Shown: one piece after another, positions 38,021 through 49,991 of the stretch | Numbering within the stretch: the first letter of the stretch is position 1 | How the letters are laid out: each line of letters opens with the position of its first letter | NCBI RefSeq assembly: GCF_028641065.1 | Contig: NC_073382.1 | Span: 26,474,001-26,538,000, forward strand | From: Leucoraja erinacea | Lineage: Eukaryota | Reading direction: 5' to 3' | Length of the DNA: 64,000 nt | The notes under the pieces: generated by a model | The model's input: the letters and a program-made list of their open reading frames with translations, nothing else | Told to the model about the DNA's origin: nothing | Databases searched by the model: none | Translations under genes and position numbers: made by a program

Positions 38021-40159
38021 CTTTCATCACCATTCACCTCCAACCCTTCTGCCTCCTATTTCCCTCCGCTCTACTCTGACTCATCACACCGCATGCCAGT
38101 CCTTGCGTTACATCCGTTCATCTCCACTCTCCTCCCTCTTTCTATCCCTGCTCCAATTCCACCAAAGCCACACTGCCTCTCTCTATTTTTCACAAAGTTA
38201 GCAGATCACCTGCACTAAGTTTGAAGGTGCCAGGGAGTATGTACCAACATCTGAGAAGTTGTTGCCTGGACGTCTTGTTGTTGGTCATCCAATTAGAGGC
38301 AAAGTGGTTCACCATACTAATACCTGCAGTCCCTCATCACGTGATTAATGATGGATAAACAAGGTAAGGTGATGTATCAGCCATTAAGGGTCTCGGATGT
38401 CATTGTGGCGTTGTTGCCTACTTGGATTGTCCAAGGCATTGGGAAGAAGGAGTGGGGAGGTGATTTTACCAATAACTGCATGTCCAAAGTGTAAAGTTTG
38501 AGACCACGTAAGGCCCTGTTGTGACTAGCACAAAGAAAACACGTGCGACATCTTGTAAGTAAGATTTAATCTGAACAACCCACGGAAACTTCTCGAAGGT
38601 CACCTGACCTCAATCACGAGGCACAGGCATTTATATTAAAGGGGCACTGGCATTTATATTACATATACATCACACAAAGCAATGAGAGTGTAGCCCATGT
38701 TACATCAATCATTTAGGAAGGGAGTGTTGGTCTGGGCTAAAGTGTGATTGGAAACCCAGAGAAAACAGAGTGTGGGGTTGGTGTGTTGGACAAAGACAAC
38801 CCATGAGTGGGGAAAATCTGAGGCAATGGAGGGATTGTCCAAGTGATAGTTTTGAATTATGGTGGCCTGGAAGTACTAGACTCTAGTTTCCAATTTACAG
38901 GGTGGCCATGGTTAGTGCTGGAAAGATTGGTGGACAACCCAACCACAGAGCAGGTAGGAATCCCAATTTACAAGGTCATTGGGAAGCAAGGGGTTTCCAA
39001 TCTCCAAGACAATGTAGAAGGCTTGGTGAGCTTCAACGTGCCTGCTAATCTCTACGATTTACTGCCAACCTGTAGATTTTCGAACTTCCTGATGAATCCA
39101 GCCGACCAGATCTCACCAACCAAGCTCCACCTGTTAATTCCATGTGGAGTACAGTGATGGAGCAGAATCTGCACTCAGAGCCTGAGCTGAAATAGATCTG
39201 CTACCTATCTGTGAATCCACTTGTTATACAAATGTGTGGGAGAAAGGCAATAATTTAATACATTCATTTAATTGTGTTTACTTCACTCATTATATTCATT
39301 TATTAAAAAAATAATTGTTTGAGAATTTTAATTTTAAAAATACCTACTCAATTGGTTACATTCTTTATTATACTTTTCTTTTACTTTGCTGATTTGAAAA
39401 ATTACCTGATAGCTTTGTCAAATGCCACCTGTCAAATGTTTCCAGAGGAGGTTTGAGGGCAGGGCTAGTTGTGGCCCACCCATGTCCCTGGATCACCACA
39501 CTCAAGTCCCACATTCTACACTGCCCCTTGCTCGTTGACTCCATCATTGTCTCAGCCATCAAGGTCATGAGAAGATTGGCAAACAATATTTAACAATGAG
39601 ACACATAAGGGGATAAAACTGAATATGTTTCATAGGGAATTGTAATGGAGGAGAGATAGGAGCAGGTTCTTTTAGGATGTCCCTTAGATGTGGGGTTTAG
39701 CAATGATAGAATGCTTGAAGTATGGACTTAGCGAAAGGTCAAAATTGATGGAGTGCAGATACTTTTGGAGGACTGTGTTGAGGAGGGTTACATCTTTTAT
39801 CCATAGAATTAGTCAGATAAAGATTGCTGCTTCATTGAGATGCAAAATGCTCCATTGGCATCAGTTAATTGGTTCATGAATTGTTTAAAGTATTGATTTA
39901 AGTAGTCAATCACTTGAATAATTGTATACATGTAGCCTATCTGGATTACTTCATTTTAAATACAAACTTGACCTGTTCCAAGAATCTTCTTGATCATTCA
40001 CAAATCATTCCTCATCAGTCCCACAGCACTAATAAATATAAACCAGTTAGGGAACTGCCGACGTGTCCAGATTCCAACCATCTCTGTCAATACAATTTAT
40101 TTACTTCTGATATGAAATTTATCTGATCTACATTTAATCATCAACTCCTCTACTTTCTT

Positions 40160-40740
40160 AGAAGATTGAGGAGATACAGTATGTCAACAAAAACTATCTT
40201 GAACGCCTACAGGTGCATAGTAGAGAACATATTGACTGTTTGCACCATGGCTTGGTCTGGCAACTCGAACACTCAGGAACAAAGGAGATTACATTGGTGG
40301 ACACTGCCCGTTCCATTATAGCTACTGACCTCCCCAACATCGAGGGGATCCATAAGAGGTGTTGCCTCACAAAAGCAGCCAGTATCATCAAAGACCCACA
40401 CCACCCTGACTGTGCTCTTGTTTCAAGAAGAAGGTATAGAATCTAAAAACTGTATCCACCAATTTCAGGAATAGCTTCTTTCCAAAAACCATCAGACTCT
40501 TGAACACTACACAGCATTAACCTTAACTATAAATCATGGACTGTCTTTGGTTGCACTAAGGACTTTGGGTTTTTTTGCACTAGTATATGAGTTCTAACCT
40601 TATTGACTGATTATTATACATTATCTATGTGTATTCTGATTACGGTTCTGCCAGTAAGAATTTCACTGTTCTGTCAGAATTTCACTGTCAGTATATATGA
40701 CAAATAAACACTTTTGACTCTCTTGTCTCTTGTCTCTTTA
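40160..40740 (+). mobile_element. Old Rex/Babar-type LINE 3' fragment
   Basis: VDTARSIIATDLPNIEGIHKRCCLTKAASIIKDPHHP; TGACAAATAAAC and (TCTTGTC)n tail. Confidence 0.78.
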
Positions 40741-40816
40741 TTTCTTACCATGATATCCCTCCCTCCAGCTTTATATTTCATTCCTCCTCTTCTCTCCTTC
40801 AGACACCCCTTTTTTT

Positions 40817-41083
40817 AATGATACAGTGTGGAAACAGGCCCTTCGGCCCACCGTGTCCATGCCAACTAGCGACCCATACACTAGTTTCATCCTACAAATT
40901 AGGGACAATTTACAGAAGCCAATTAACCTACAAACCTGCGTATGTTTTGGAATGTGGGAGGAAACCGCAGCCCCCAGAGAAAACCCACACATTCACAGGG
41001 AAAACATACAAACTCTGTACAGATGCACCCATAGTCAAGATCGAACCCAGGCAGCATCTCTGTCACAGCACCACTGCGTGGCC
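40817..41083 (-). mobile_element. tRNA-derived SINE
   Basis: GGAAACAGGCCCTTCGGCCCACC...AAGCCAATTAACCTACAAACC core in reverse orientation. Confidence 0.78.
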
Positions 41084-41389
41084 TCCTTTTTTGTCCTTAT
41101 TGTCTCCTTTTCATCTCTAGCCTTTGTCACTTACCCCACCCATCTGCCAAACAACACCTCCCCCCCCCCCCCCCCCCCCCCCCGCCCGCCACCCCCCACC
41201 TGCATCTGCCCTACATTTGCCAGGCTTTATCCCACCTCTTTTTTTCCCAGCTATTTCCTCCCTTCTACAATCAGTGAAGAAGTGTTCTGACATGAATCAT
41301 CAACTGCCCATTCCTTCAACAGTATTTTTACCAGTAAATTGCCCAGGTTAGGTGGTATGAGATGTTGGATACAAATATTGTTTTCTGTA

Positions 41390-41770
41390 TCTAGCAGGAT
41401 AGTTAGAGGTTGAGAGGATATCTAATAGAATTATATAAAATTATGGGAGGCATAGATAGGGTGGACAGTTGGAACCTTTATCCCCAGAGTGTAAATATCA
41501 AAGACTAGAGGGCATGGCATTTAGGTGAGGGTGGAATTTATTTTTACACAATGGGAGATTGGTGGCTTGAAAAAGCTGCCAGGGAGTGGTGGGGAAGGCA
41601 AATATGATTGTGCCATTTTAGATAGACATGTGGATATGCATGGAAAGGAGATATATGGATCAAAAGCAGGCAGATGGGATTAGTTTGGCTCTGCATCATG
41701 TTCAGCACAAAATTGTGGGCTGAATGGCCTGTTCTTGTGGTGTACATTTCTATGTTTTATGTTCAATTTG
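41390..41770 (+). mobile_element. CR1-like LINE 3' fragment
   Basis: GAGGTTGAGAGGATATCTAATAGAA...GACTAGAGGGCAT...GGGCTGAATGGCCTGTTC. Confidence 0.65.
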
Positions 41771-41873
41771 TTCTATACTGCCTGATCCGTTGAATTCCTC
41801 CTGCACTTTGATGAAAATCAGGTTGCCTTTAGATGATTCTAAAGATTTTAGTGTTTCATATATTTCAAACATT

Positions 41874-41950
41874 TATGTTATGTTATGTTATGTTATGTTA
41901 TGTTATGTTATGTTATGTTATGTTATGTTATGTTATGTTATGTTATGTAT
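41874..41950. repeat. (TATGT)n pentanucleotide microsatellite
   Basis: Direct observation. Confidence 0.95.
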
Positions 41951-43700
41951 GTAATAATATGTCTTATATTGGTTATATACATAATTCTAACCATCTGAAC
42001 TCAGAGAGGTCTATTGTGGTTAGCCAGTGCATTAATCAGCAACGGGGAAAATAAGACACATTGACACATTTATCTGTCTCACTGTTCTCAGCCATTCAGC
42101 TCTTTCCAACTCTGAGAATTCATAGCTGTCCTTTATTCCTTCATCTTAATCTGTTATTAGGTTCAAAACAGTTCAAATTGTGCTAAAATAAGAAACAATA
42201 GGAGAGTTTTCCAGTGCAAATTATTTCTGTTGTTCTCATCTCAGCAGTGTGCAGGAGTGGCTTCTCTTAGGTTCACTGTAGAGTTCTTAATACACTTGCT
42301 GATTTACTTGGAGTGCACAAATATTGATAAATAAGGGAGGTCACCATGGTTATAAATTGAAATTTCTACCTGAAACTAACCCAAGTAACTAAAGGCTTAA
42401 GGAGGAACTGCAGATGCTAGAAGAATCGAAGGTAGGCAAAAGTGCTGGAGAAACTCAGCGGGTGAGGCAGCATCTATGGTGCTCCTTAGCACACAAACAG
42501 AGCCTGATCTAGCTGTCAGCACTTACAATTACTTCCATATCTGGAGGCATTTGTAGGAAAGTAGAAAAAAGTACTTCCAATACGTTGTCTTTTTTGCTGT
42601 AGAGGATATATTTGGTAGTATTAAACATATCATCCTGATCTGGAGGTGCTAATATGCACCAGCACAGCGCAGTACAGTCCAACACAATCCAAACCTAAAC
42701 GTTTTATCATAATATGCAACAAATTGGATTTGACAGCAACAAAAACAGGCAAGTCCCATCATGCTTCTCGTAAAGATTACACATGGTTGAAGGGAAACAG
42801 AATCCCTATAAGAATCCATACAATCTAGTCTGTGCAATGCTCGTTTCTCTCTTCAATTGATGATTCAGTTTACCACTGCGGTTTGGAGTTCCCCATTTGC
42901 AAGCAGGAAGCAGCTGATTTTGAAAAGCAGACTCAGTGCCTCCATTTGCAACATGAACCCATTATAAGCCCTATCTCATCACCTGATTTTGCAATATGTA
43001 AGCCTTAGCGTCGTGCTTTCCGAAAGACCAGTGATATCATTGTTAATAGCATGTAATAAACTTAATGACCTATTTACTAAAGGTACTCCTTAGCACTCAA
43101 TGTAAATCTGTATGCGGCTATGGACTCAGCGAGGTTAATGTTGTGAATAAATGAATAAGTTTATTGGCCAAGTATTCACATACAAGGAATTTGCCTTGTG
43201 CTCCGCCCGCAAGTGACAACATGACATACAGTTACAGTTAAGAATGATACATTAAACATTAATAATAAAACATTATTGATTAAACATGTGAATTAAATAA
43301 AATATCAGAGCAAAAGGAGGCTACAGATTTTTGGTTATTAAATAGAGCTACTACTCGTGGAAAAAAAGCTGTTTTTATGTCTGGCTGTGGCAGCTTTGAC
43401 AGTCTGGTGTCGCCGTCCAGAGGGAAGTGATTCAAAGTGCAAGTAGTGCAAAGTAGTTTGAGTAGTGTAAAGATACTCTGGAATGTTGGAAAGGAAAAAT
43501 GGAAGATTCTAGATCCTGTTCATAATCACAATCCAATAACTACACTTGGAAAATGTACCAGGATGGGAACAGGTATCCCACATCTGCAGTACCTTCTATC
43601 TCATTGGGAATAAGTATCTATTCTGGTTCAATACCTGTTATTCAGACTGATATGAAGAACTGCAGTGGCACGGTGGCGCAGCAGTAGAGCTGCTGCCTTC

Positions 43701-43935
43701 TGCCCCTGTCCCACTTAGGAAACCTGAATAGAAACCTCTGGAGACTTTGCGCCCCACCCAAGGTTTCCGTGCGGTTCCCGGAGGTTGCAGCTGGTTGCCG
43801 GAGGTTGCAGGTAGTGGAAGCAGGTAGGGCGACTGACAAAAACCTCCGGGAACCTCCGGGAACCGCACGGAAACCTTGGGTGGGGCGCAAAGTCTCCAGA
43901 GGTTTCCGTTCAGATTTCTAAGTGGGACAGGGGCA
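43701..43935. mobile_element. MITE, PIF/Harbinger-like, almost fully palindromic
   Basis: TGCCCCTGTCCCACTTAG...CGGTTCCCGGAGGTT arm and its reverse complement (about 85 bp each); right flank TAA, left flank TTC. Confidence 0.85.
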
Positions 43936-44064
43936 TAACAGCACTTACAGCTCCAGAGACCAGATTCGATCCTGACTACAGGTGCTGTCTGTATGGAGTT
44001 TGTATGTTCTCCCTATGACCTGCGTGGGTTTTCTTCAAGATCTTCGGTTTACTCCCACACTCCA

Positions 44065-44225
44065 AACATAGAAACATAGAAACATAGAAAATAGGTGCAG
44101 GAGTAGGCCATTCGGCCCTTCGAGCCTGCACCGCCATTCAATATGATCATGGCTGATCATCCAACTCAGTATCCTGTACCTGCCTTCTCTCCATACCCCG
44201 TGATCCCTTTAGCCACAAGGGCCAG
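44065..44225 (-). mobile_element. CR1-like LINE extreme 3' end
   Basis: (ACATAGAA)n tail then AATAGGTGCAGGAGTAGGCCATTCGGCCCTTCGAGCC. Confidence 0.8.
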
Positions 44226-44279
44226 GGATGTACAGGTTTGTAAGATTGGCTTGGTATAAATGTAAAATTGTCCCTAATG

Positions 44280-45014
44280 TACAATACAATACAATCCAAT
44301 AATACTTTATTAGCCAAGTATGTTTTGCAACATACGAGGAATTTAATTTGCCAAGTCAGTTATAAAAATAAAAAGCAACAGAACACAGAAAATACTTTTT
44401 AACATAAACATAAGGTTAACATAAACATAAAATTAAACATGCCCAAGTGATTCCTCCTCATTCCTGATTGTGATGGAAGGCGAAAAAAAAGTTAAATCTC
44501 TTCCCTTCTTTGTCCTCCAGCGGTCGGAGGCCTTGAGCCTCCCGTTGACGGGACGATCTTATTCCTGTAGCCAATGGCGGGCCTCCTCGTCAGGGTGAAC
44601 AGCTCCTACATCGGAGGGAAATCTCAGCTTCCCCGCACTGGGCGTTCTGACCCCGGGTCAGGGCTGCTCAAACGTCGTGCGGCTTCCGGAGGCTCCTGAG
44701 ACTGCGTGCCTTTGATAGGAAAATCCACAGGCCGTGGTTGGAGCAATCCCAGGTAAGGGATCGGCTGAGACTGCGACCCTTTGATAGGAAAAATCACAGG
44801 CCAGCGGTGGGCTACTTTTGATAGGAAAAGTCCGGAGAAGCCTCAGGCCATGTGGCCGCAAAGGGACCGCAATCCAGCAGGATTGAAAAAACAGGGAATC
44901 CCCCTCCCCCCCTCCCCCATGGTAAACGAACCACTAACTTTTAAAACACACTAAAAATAACAAAAAAAGCGAAAAAACCAGACAGTGGTGGGGAGGCTGC
45001 TCAAACGGCGCCCC
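44280..45014 (-). mobile_element. GC-rich non-autonomous retroelement variant with internal tandem repeats
   Basis: (TATTG)n tail, reverse of CCTTCCATCAC block at about 44468-44480, repeated TTTGATAGGAAAA units 44700-44830, GC-rich head followed by T-run. Confidence 0.65.
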
Positions 45015-45033
45015 TGATGTAATGTGTGTAGGA

Positions 45034-45552
45034 GGCGGTAGGCGGCCAGCTCCAGCATGTTCTGGCCTGTCCGCGTTTTTATTATTTTTTGTCTGTGTTT
45101 TTATGTAGTTTTTGTTATTTTATGTTGGGGTGTGTGAATCGCAACTGCCTGGAGACCCGAGGTAAGAGATTTGAAAACGAGGAGCAATAAAGCCCCTGGT
45201 GCCGACTCACCGTTGCCGTCGCGGAGCCCGACCGGGTGGGTGGAGCCGCTGCTGCTGCTGCCGATGCTGCTGCTGCTGATGCGAAGGCCACTAACTTTTC
45301 TGCGGACGGCGGCACACCGGAGCCCGCGGATAACAAAGGGAGAAAGCTTTTCGAAAGCGACTCCCGACAGGGTGAAGGCGGAGCGGGGCTAACACCACTG
45401 CCCCGCGCGGTACGGCGCCAACCCAAGATTGTCGCAACCCCGTGTTCAATGGCCGCGGGACAATCGCCATCGCCAGCCGGGGGCTTTGACTGACTCTGAC
45501 ATCGGGGGGGGGGAGAGTGGTGGAGAGATATTTTGGGCCTTCCATCACAGCT
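45034..45552 (+). mobile_element. GC-rich non-autonomous retroelement lacking its tail
   Basis: GGCCTGTCCGCGTTTTT head, GGGGCTTTGAC...TGACATCGGGGG...CCTTCCATCACAG as in 10495-10570. Confidence 0.7.
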
Positions 45553-46579
45553 ATGGTGGGCCAAAGGGCCTGTTTCCACATTGTATCTCTAAACTAAACT
45601 AAACTAAAACCTAGTTGTTGGATGATCATTGCAACCTGTAGAAACACCAGTGATCACAAGAGGAAAAATAATTTAAAAAAAGCAGCAAATGCACATTAAT
45701 AAGCATAACAGCAGAATGATTAATATTAATGGAGTAAAGGTTTAAGAGTGTGAAGCTTATGTGGCAGAATAAATGCAATAGATCACAGAAAAGAAGTAAC
45801 AATGAAAGACGATACCTAGGCAGGTTTCATTTCTTTTGATATCACTAGAAATATAATGGCATTTAGGTTTGCACTGATTGCTAATTCTTGATTGAAACGC
45901 ACCTCCACTGGATTATTGGCTTGTCAGCATTTGCCAATCAACCTGTTCACAGAAGTATATGTAAACTCAATCAACCAAGGTCGACATCATTACAGTTGTC
46001 AGGTAATAAAGATGAGATTTGCAGTTCTTGTTTTATATCAAAATGCTGCCTCAAATAGATGATAAAAGTCAGATGTTACTCTAATTTAATTAACCTTAAT
46101 AAACTACTTATTATAAACCTATGCTTACATTTTGTATATCTGGTACAAGAGGAGCATAAAAGAATTACCTCTATGTCAGATTTCAATCTTTACCATTGTG
46201 ATAAACCAGTACTGTGTATAGTCGTGCCACTCATTCAGTTTTCCCGCAACGACCATGAACTTGGCCAAAAATAATTTTGAAACACCATTTGGGCATTATA
46301 CCCCAAAATATGCATCAAAATGTAACCTGCATTGTTCCCGGCAGGCCTGCCATAGGAAAGGAGAGATTGGGTTGTCTAGCCCTGCATTCACTAGAGTTCA
46401 GAAAAATAAGAGATCTCATGGAAATTAAAAAAAATACTGACAGGGTTAAGAAGGAATATGGGAGAACAGTGCATCGAAATCTTAGGGTATGGGGGCAGAT
46501 GTTTATGATAAGTAGGTGAAAATTATTTCCCTAACATCTGGTGAACCTGTGAAACTCTACCACAGTAGCCAGTGGAACT

Positions 46580-47455
46580 CGAGTCAGAACCATACAGCAC
46601 GGAAATGGACCATTCTGCCCAACTTGCCCATGCCAGACAAGGTGCCCCATATACACTAGACCCATCTTTTGAATTTGGCCATATTCCCCTAAACCTTTCC
46701 TATCCAATGCACTCTTCAAATGCCTTTTAAATGTTGTTACAGTACCTGCCTCAACTACCTCCTCTGGCAGCTCATACCATATACCCAGCACCCTTTTATG
46801 TGAAAAAGTTACCCATCAGGTTCCTATTAAATCTTTCCCCACTTAAATCTATGTCCCCTGGTTCTTGATTCACCTATGAGTAAAAGACACAGTTCATTTA
46901 TCTTACCTATTCCTTTAACGATCTTATATACCTCTATAAGATCACCCCTCATCCTCCTGTGCTCCAAGGAATAAAGTTCTAGCCTGCATAACCTCTCCCT
47001 AGAGCTTAGACCCTCAAGTCCTGGCTATATCCTCGTAAATCTTATCTGCACTCTTTTCAGCTAAACAGCATCCTTCCTATAGCAGGGTAACCAAAACTGA
47101 ACACAACACTCCAAATGCAACCTCACCAATGTTTTGTACAACTACAACAGAACACCCCAATTTTTATTCTCAATATATTTAGGAAGGAACTGCTGACACT
47201 TGTTTACACCAAAGATAGACACACAATGCTGGAGTAACTCAGAGGGACAGGCACCATCTCAGGAGAGAAGGAATGGGTGGAGTTTTGGGTCCAAGGAAGG
47301 GTTTCTAGCGAAATGTCACATTCCTACTCTCCAGAGATGCTGCTTGTCCTATTGAGTTACTCCAGCATTTTGTGGCTATCTTCTATTCTGAATATCCGGA
47401 CTGATGTAGACTCATGTACCAAAAGCTTTTTTAACCACCCTATCGACCTGTGGGT
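46580..47455 (-). mobile_element. CR1-like LINE 3' fragment with nested inverted Penelope-derived pair (about 47180-47385)
   Basis: GIWYELPEEVVEAGTVTTFKRHL; CR1 sequence resumes after 47385. Confidence 0.75.
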
Positions 47456-48224
47456 CACTGATTAGAGTCACTGACTATATTTAAGAATGGAATAGATAGA
47501 TTACTGGATATAAAATGAACAAGGAATAAGGGACGGAGAAAGAATATGATATTGAGACAGAGAATCAAACATGATCAATAGTGGATCAGCATCTTGGGCT
47601 TTGTGGCTGATTCCTACTCCTTTTCTCTTCCTTTCTCACTTTCAATTTTCCACTTTCAATCTGTCCAAATCCTTACCAGTACATTTCTATTGATGTGTTT
47701 GGTGCTTATATGCTATCAATAGTCACTAGCAGATAGCAGATGGCATAATCCACATGATCCATGGTGCGATAAGCCTGAGACCGCCAGAGCCCCTTCTCAA
47801 GGTGCGGGTGAGCTATGAAGACAAGGACTGAGCTGCCGGGACAAGCCACCACGCACGTGCTCTGATGGCAAGGGACAGCACTTCACAGAGTTCTGGACTT
47901 TCTTTACCACTGTAAATAGAATAAATCATATGAGTTTACTCTGCTGCGAGTGTCAGTGTGGTCACTGCCAAAACCGTATCATCCCTGAGCAGATCCTATA
48001 CAAATTAAATATTTTCTATGCCAGAGAGATCTTACATTCATCATATTTTAATTGCCAATTCTGTTATAGGTGTATAATGCTGTATTGTGTCAGCGAAGGC
48101 CACAATATTAAACTGACTCATTACATTCATTCATGCTTGGGTAATTAAAATATGTTTTGATGTGGAATCTTGATGTTTAAAGCCACATTGCTTGGTTCCT
48201 CTAAATACTCTTAGTTTTTATTTA

Positions 48225-48524
48225 GGGGCGGCTCGGTGGCGCAGTGGTAAAGTTCCTGCCTTACATCCCCACAGACCTGGGTTTGATCCTGACTACAGGT
48301 GCTGTCTGTACAAAGTCTGTATGTTCTCCCCATGACCACGTGAGTTTTCTCTGGCTGCTGCAGTTTCCTCCCACGTTCCAAAGACATACAGGTTTGTAGG
48401 TTAATTGGCTTCAGTAAGAATTGTAAATTGTAATGTGTACTATAGTGTCAGTGTATGGGGATCACTGGGCTGTGGGCTGAAGGGCTTGTTTACGTGCTGT
48501 ATCTCTAAACTAAACTAAACTAAA
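48225..48524 (+). mobile_element. tRNA-derived SINE (HE1-like)
   Basis: GGGGCGGCTCGGTGGCGCAGTGG head, GGGTTTGATCC, (CTAAA)n tail. Confidence 0.85.
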
Positions 48525-49509
48525 ATGTGACAAATCCTTCATTAGACAGGAGTTGCTGCAGTTTAAATCTGTTTCTGTGTTTAGGGGAGTAGGGTCACAG
48601 TAACGTAACTTTTTTTCCTGAACAGTCATTAAAATTTCTTGCTAGTATTGTGTTATGAACCAAAATGCTGACCATGTTCTTACTGGTTTACTGTACTGAT
48701 CGTCACCAGATTACCTTCACCTCGGCACTGGGGTTAATTTTGCCTGGAAAGGACTTGAATTTTTTAACGTGAAATACAATGCACTACTGTGACCATATCA
48801 CACATCGAGTACAACCAGACATGAATTCTTTGTGTTGAACTGAACTGGAAGTACATTTATCCCTGTGAACCTGCATTCTGCAGTTTATTGGCGTTTTAGC
48901 TAGACTGCTAGCTAAGCCAGGTGGAACATCACCTCCAAGCAAAAGAAAGTTATATTTAGTCCATGTTACCTTGCACACCCTGTAGTTTAAACCATGGGTG
49001 ATGCCAAGGTTCTTGCTGGGATTGTAAATGCTCAGTCTAAAGACTAGAATCTTGATTCCCTACTGTTACTAAATTTAATGCTGATGTTATGGTGACTTTA
49101 TTGATCTTGTGAAAAGGTGTTCAGCAATTCTCAAAATAATTAGTAGATTGAATGCTGATTGTCAAATTTTTAAGCTTCCAGGGTACATTATAACTGCTGC
49201 CATATGGTATTAACCAATAGAATATGCTTTAATGGATATTCTTTCCTGTAACATCTGGAGGAAGCTGTGTTTTTTCCAGGATACACAAGAGCTAAGGGTA
49301 TACATGACATATGATACATGAAGGAAAGGATCAAAGGAGCTTGTCAGAAGGTAGTATTTCTTATTTAATTTAGCATTGTAATGTGGTATTGTTACTAATT
49401 GATGAATGTGACTGAGCAGTCCATGTGTGTAAAACTAGGGTAAGGTGGATATATTTGAGGTTTGATCCTCCCCTGAAGTATGTCAATAGTCAAATTGGAA
49501 TTTATCTAA

Positions 49510-49991
49510 AAGAACCCAAAGTGCTGGAGTAACTCAGTGGGTCAGGCATCTATCCATGTTCTGGAGGAGGAAAGAAAGTTGAAAGAGAGGAGAAGCTGAA
49601 CAAAGCATGGCAAGGAATAGGCTGACACAGGTGAGGGGGGGGGGGGGGGGGTGATATGCAGATGGTTGGAACAAAGGTCCGAGATAAAAGCAAAAGGTCT
49701 GAAACAGGATTAAAGAGTTGCAAACTGTGAAGCCAGAGGAACTGTGAAGGAATGAAGAGGTGGGGAAGGGAGAGGGAAGAATAAGGTGGGAGTCCGGGTG
49801 GGCACAGGGGAGGTGAGAGGGTTGAGAAAGGGGTGAGGGATGTGGAAGAGAAGGGAAGGGAGGGTGGAGGGTTGTTAGAGGTTACCTAATATGAAGACTT
49901 CAATGTTCATACCATTGGGTTGAAACTACCCAAGCGAAATATGAAGTGTTGTTACTCTAGTTTGCGTGTGGCCTCACTCTGGCAATGGAGG
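49510..49991 (-). mobile_element. Penelope-like element 3' fragment
   Basis: Minus-strand translation LHCQSEATRKLE*QHFIFRLGSFQPNGMNIE. Confidence 0.75.

Larger units (their letters stand above)
43665..45608 (+). mobile_element. One tRNA-derived SINE split by four nested insertions
   Basis: SINE pieces at about 43665-43700, 43936-44064, 44226-44279, 45015-45033 and 45553-45608 assemble in consensus order. Confidence 0.75.

Noticed and set aside
38520-38674. TGTGA...TCACA-bounded 155-bp segment like a short Gypsy solo LTR
   Set aside because: No TSD and no second copy in the window
45115-45581. Ala-rich overlapping ORFs
   Set aside because: Produced by GC-rich repeat sequence with (GCT)n; no coding evidence
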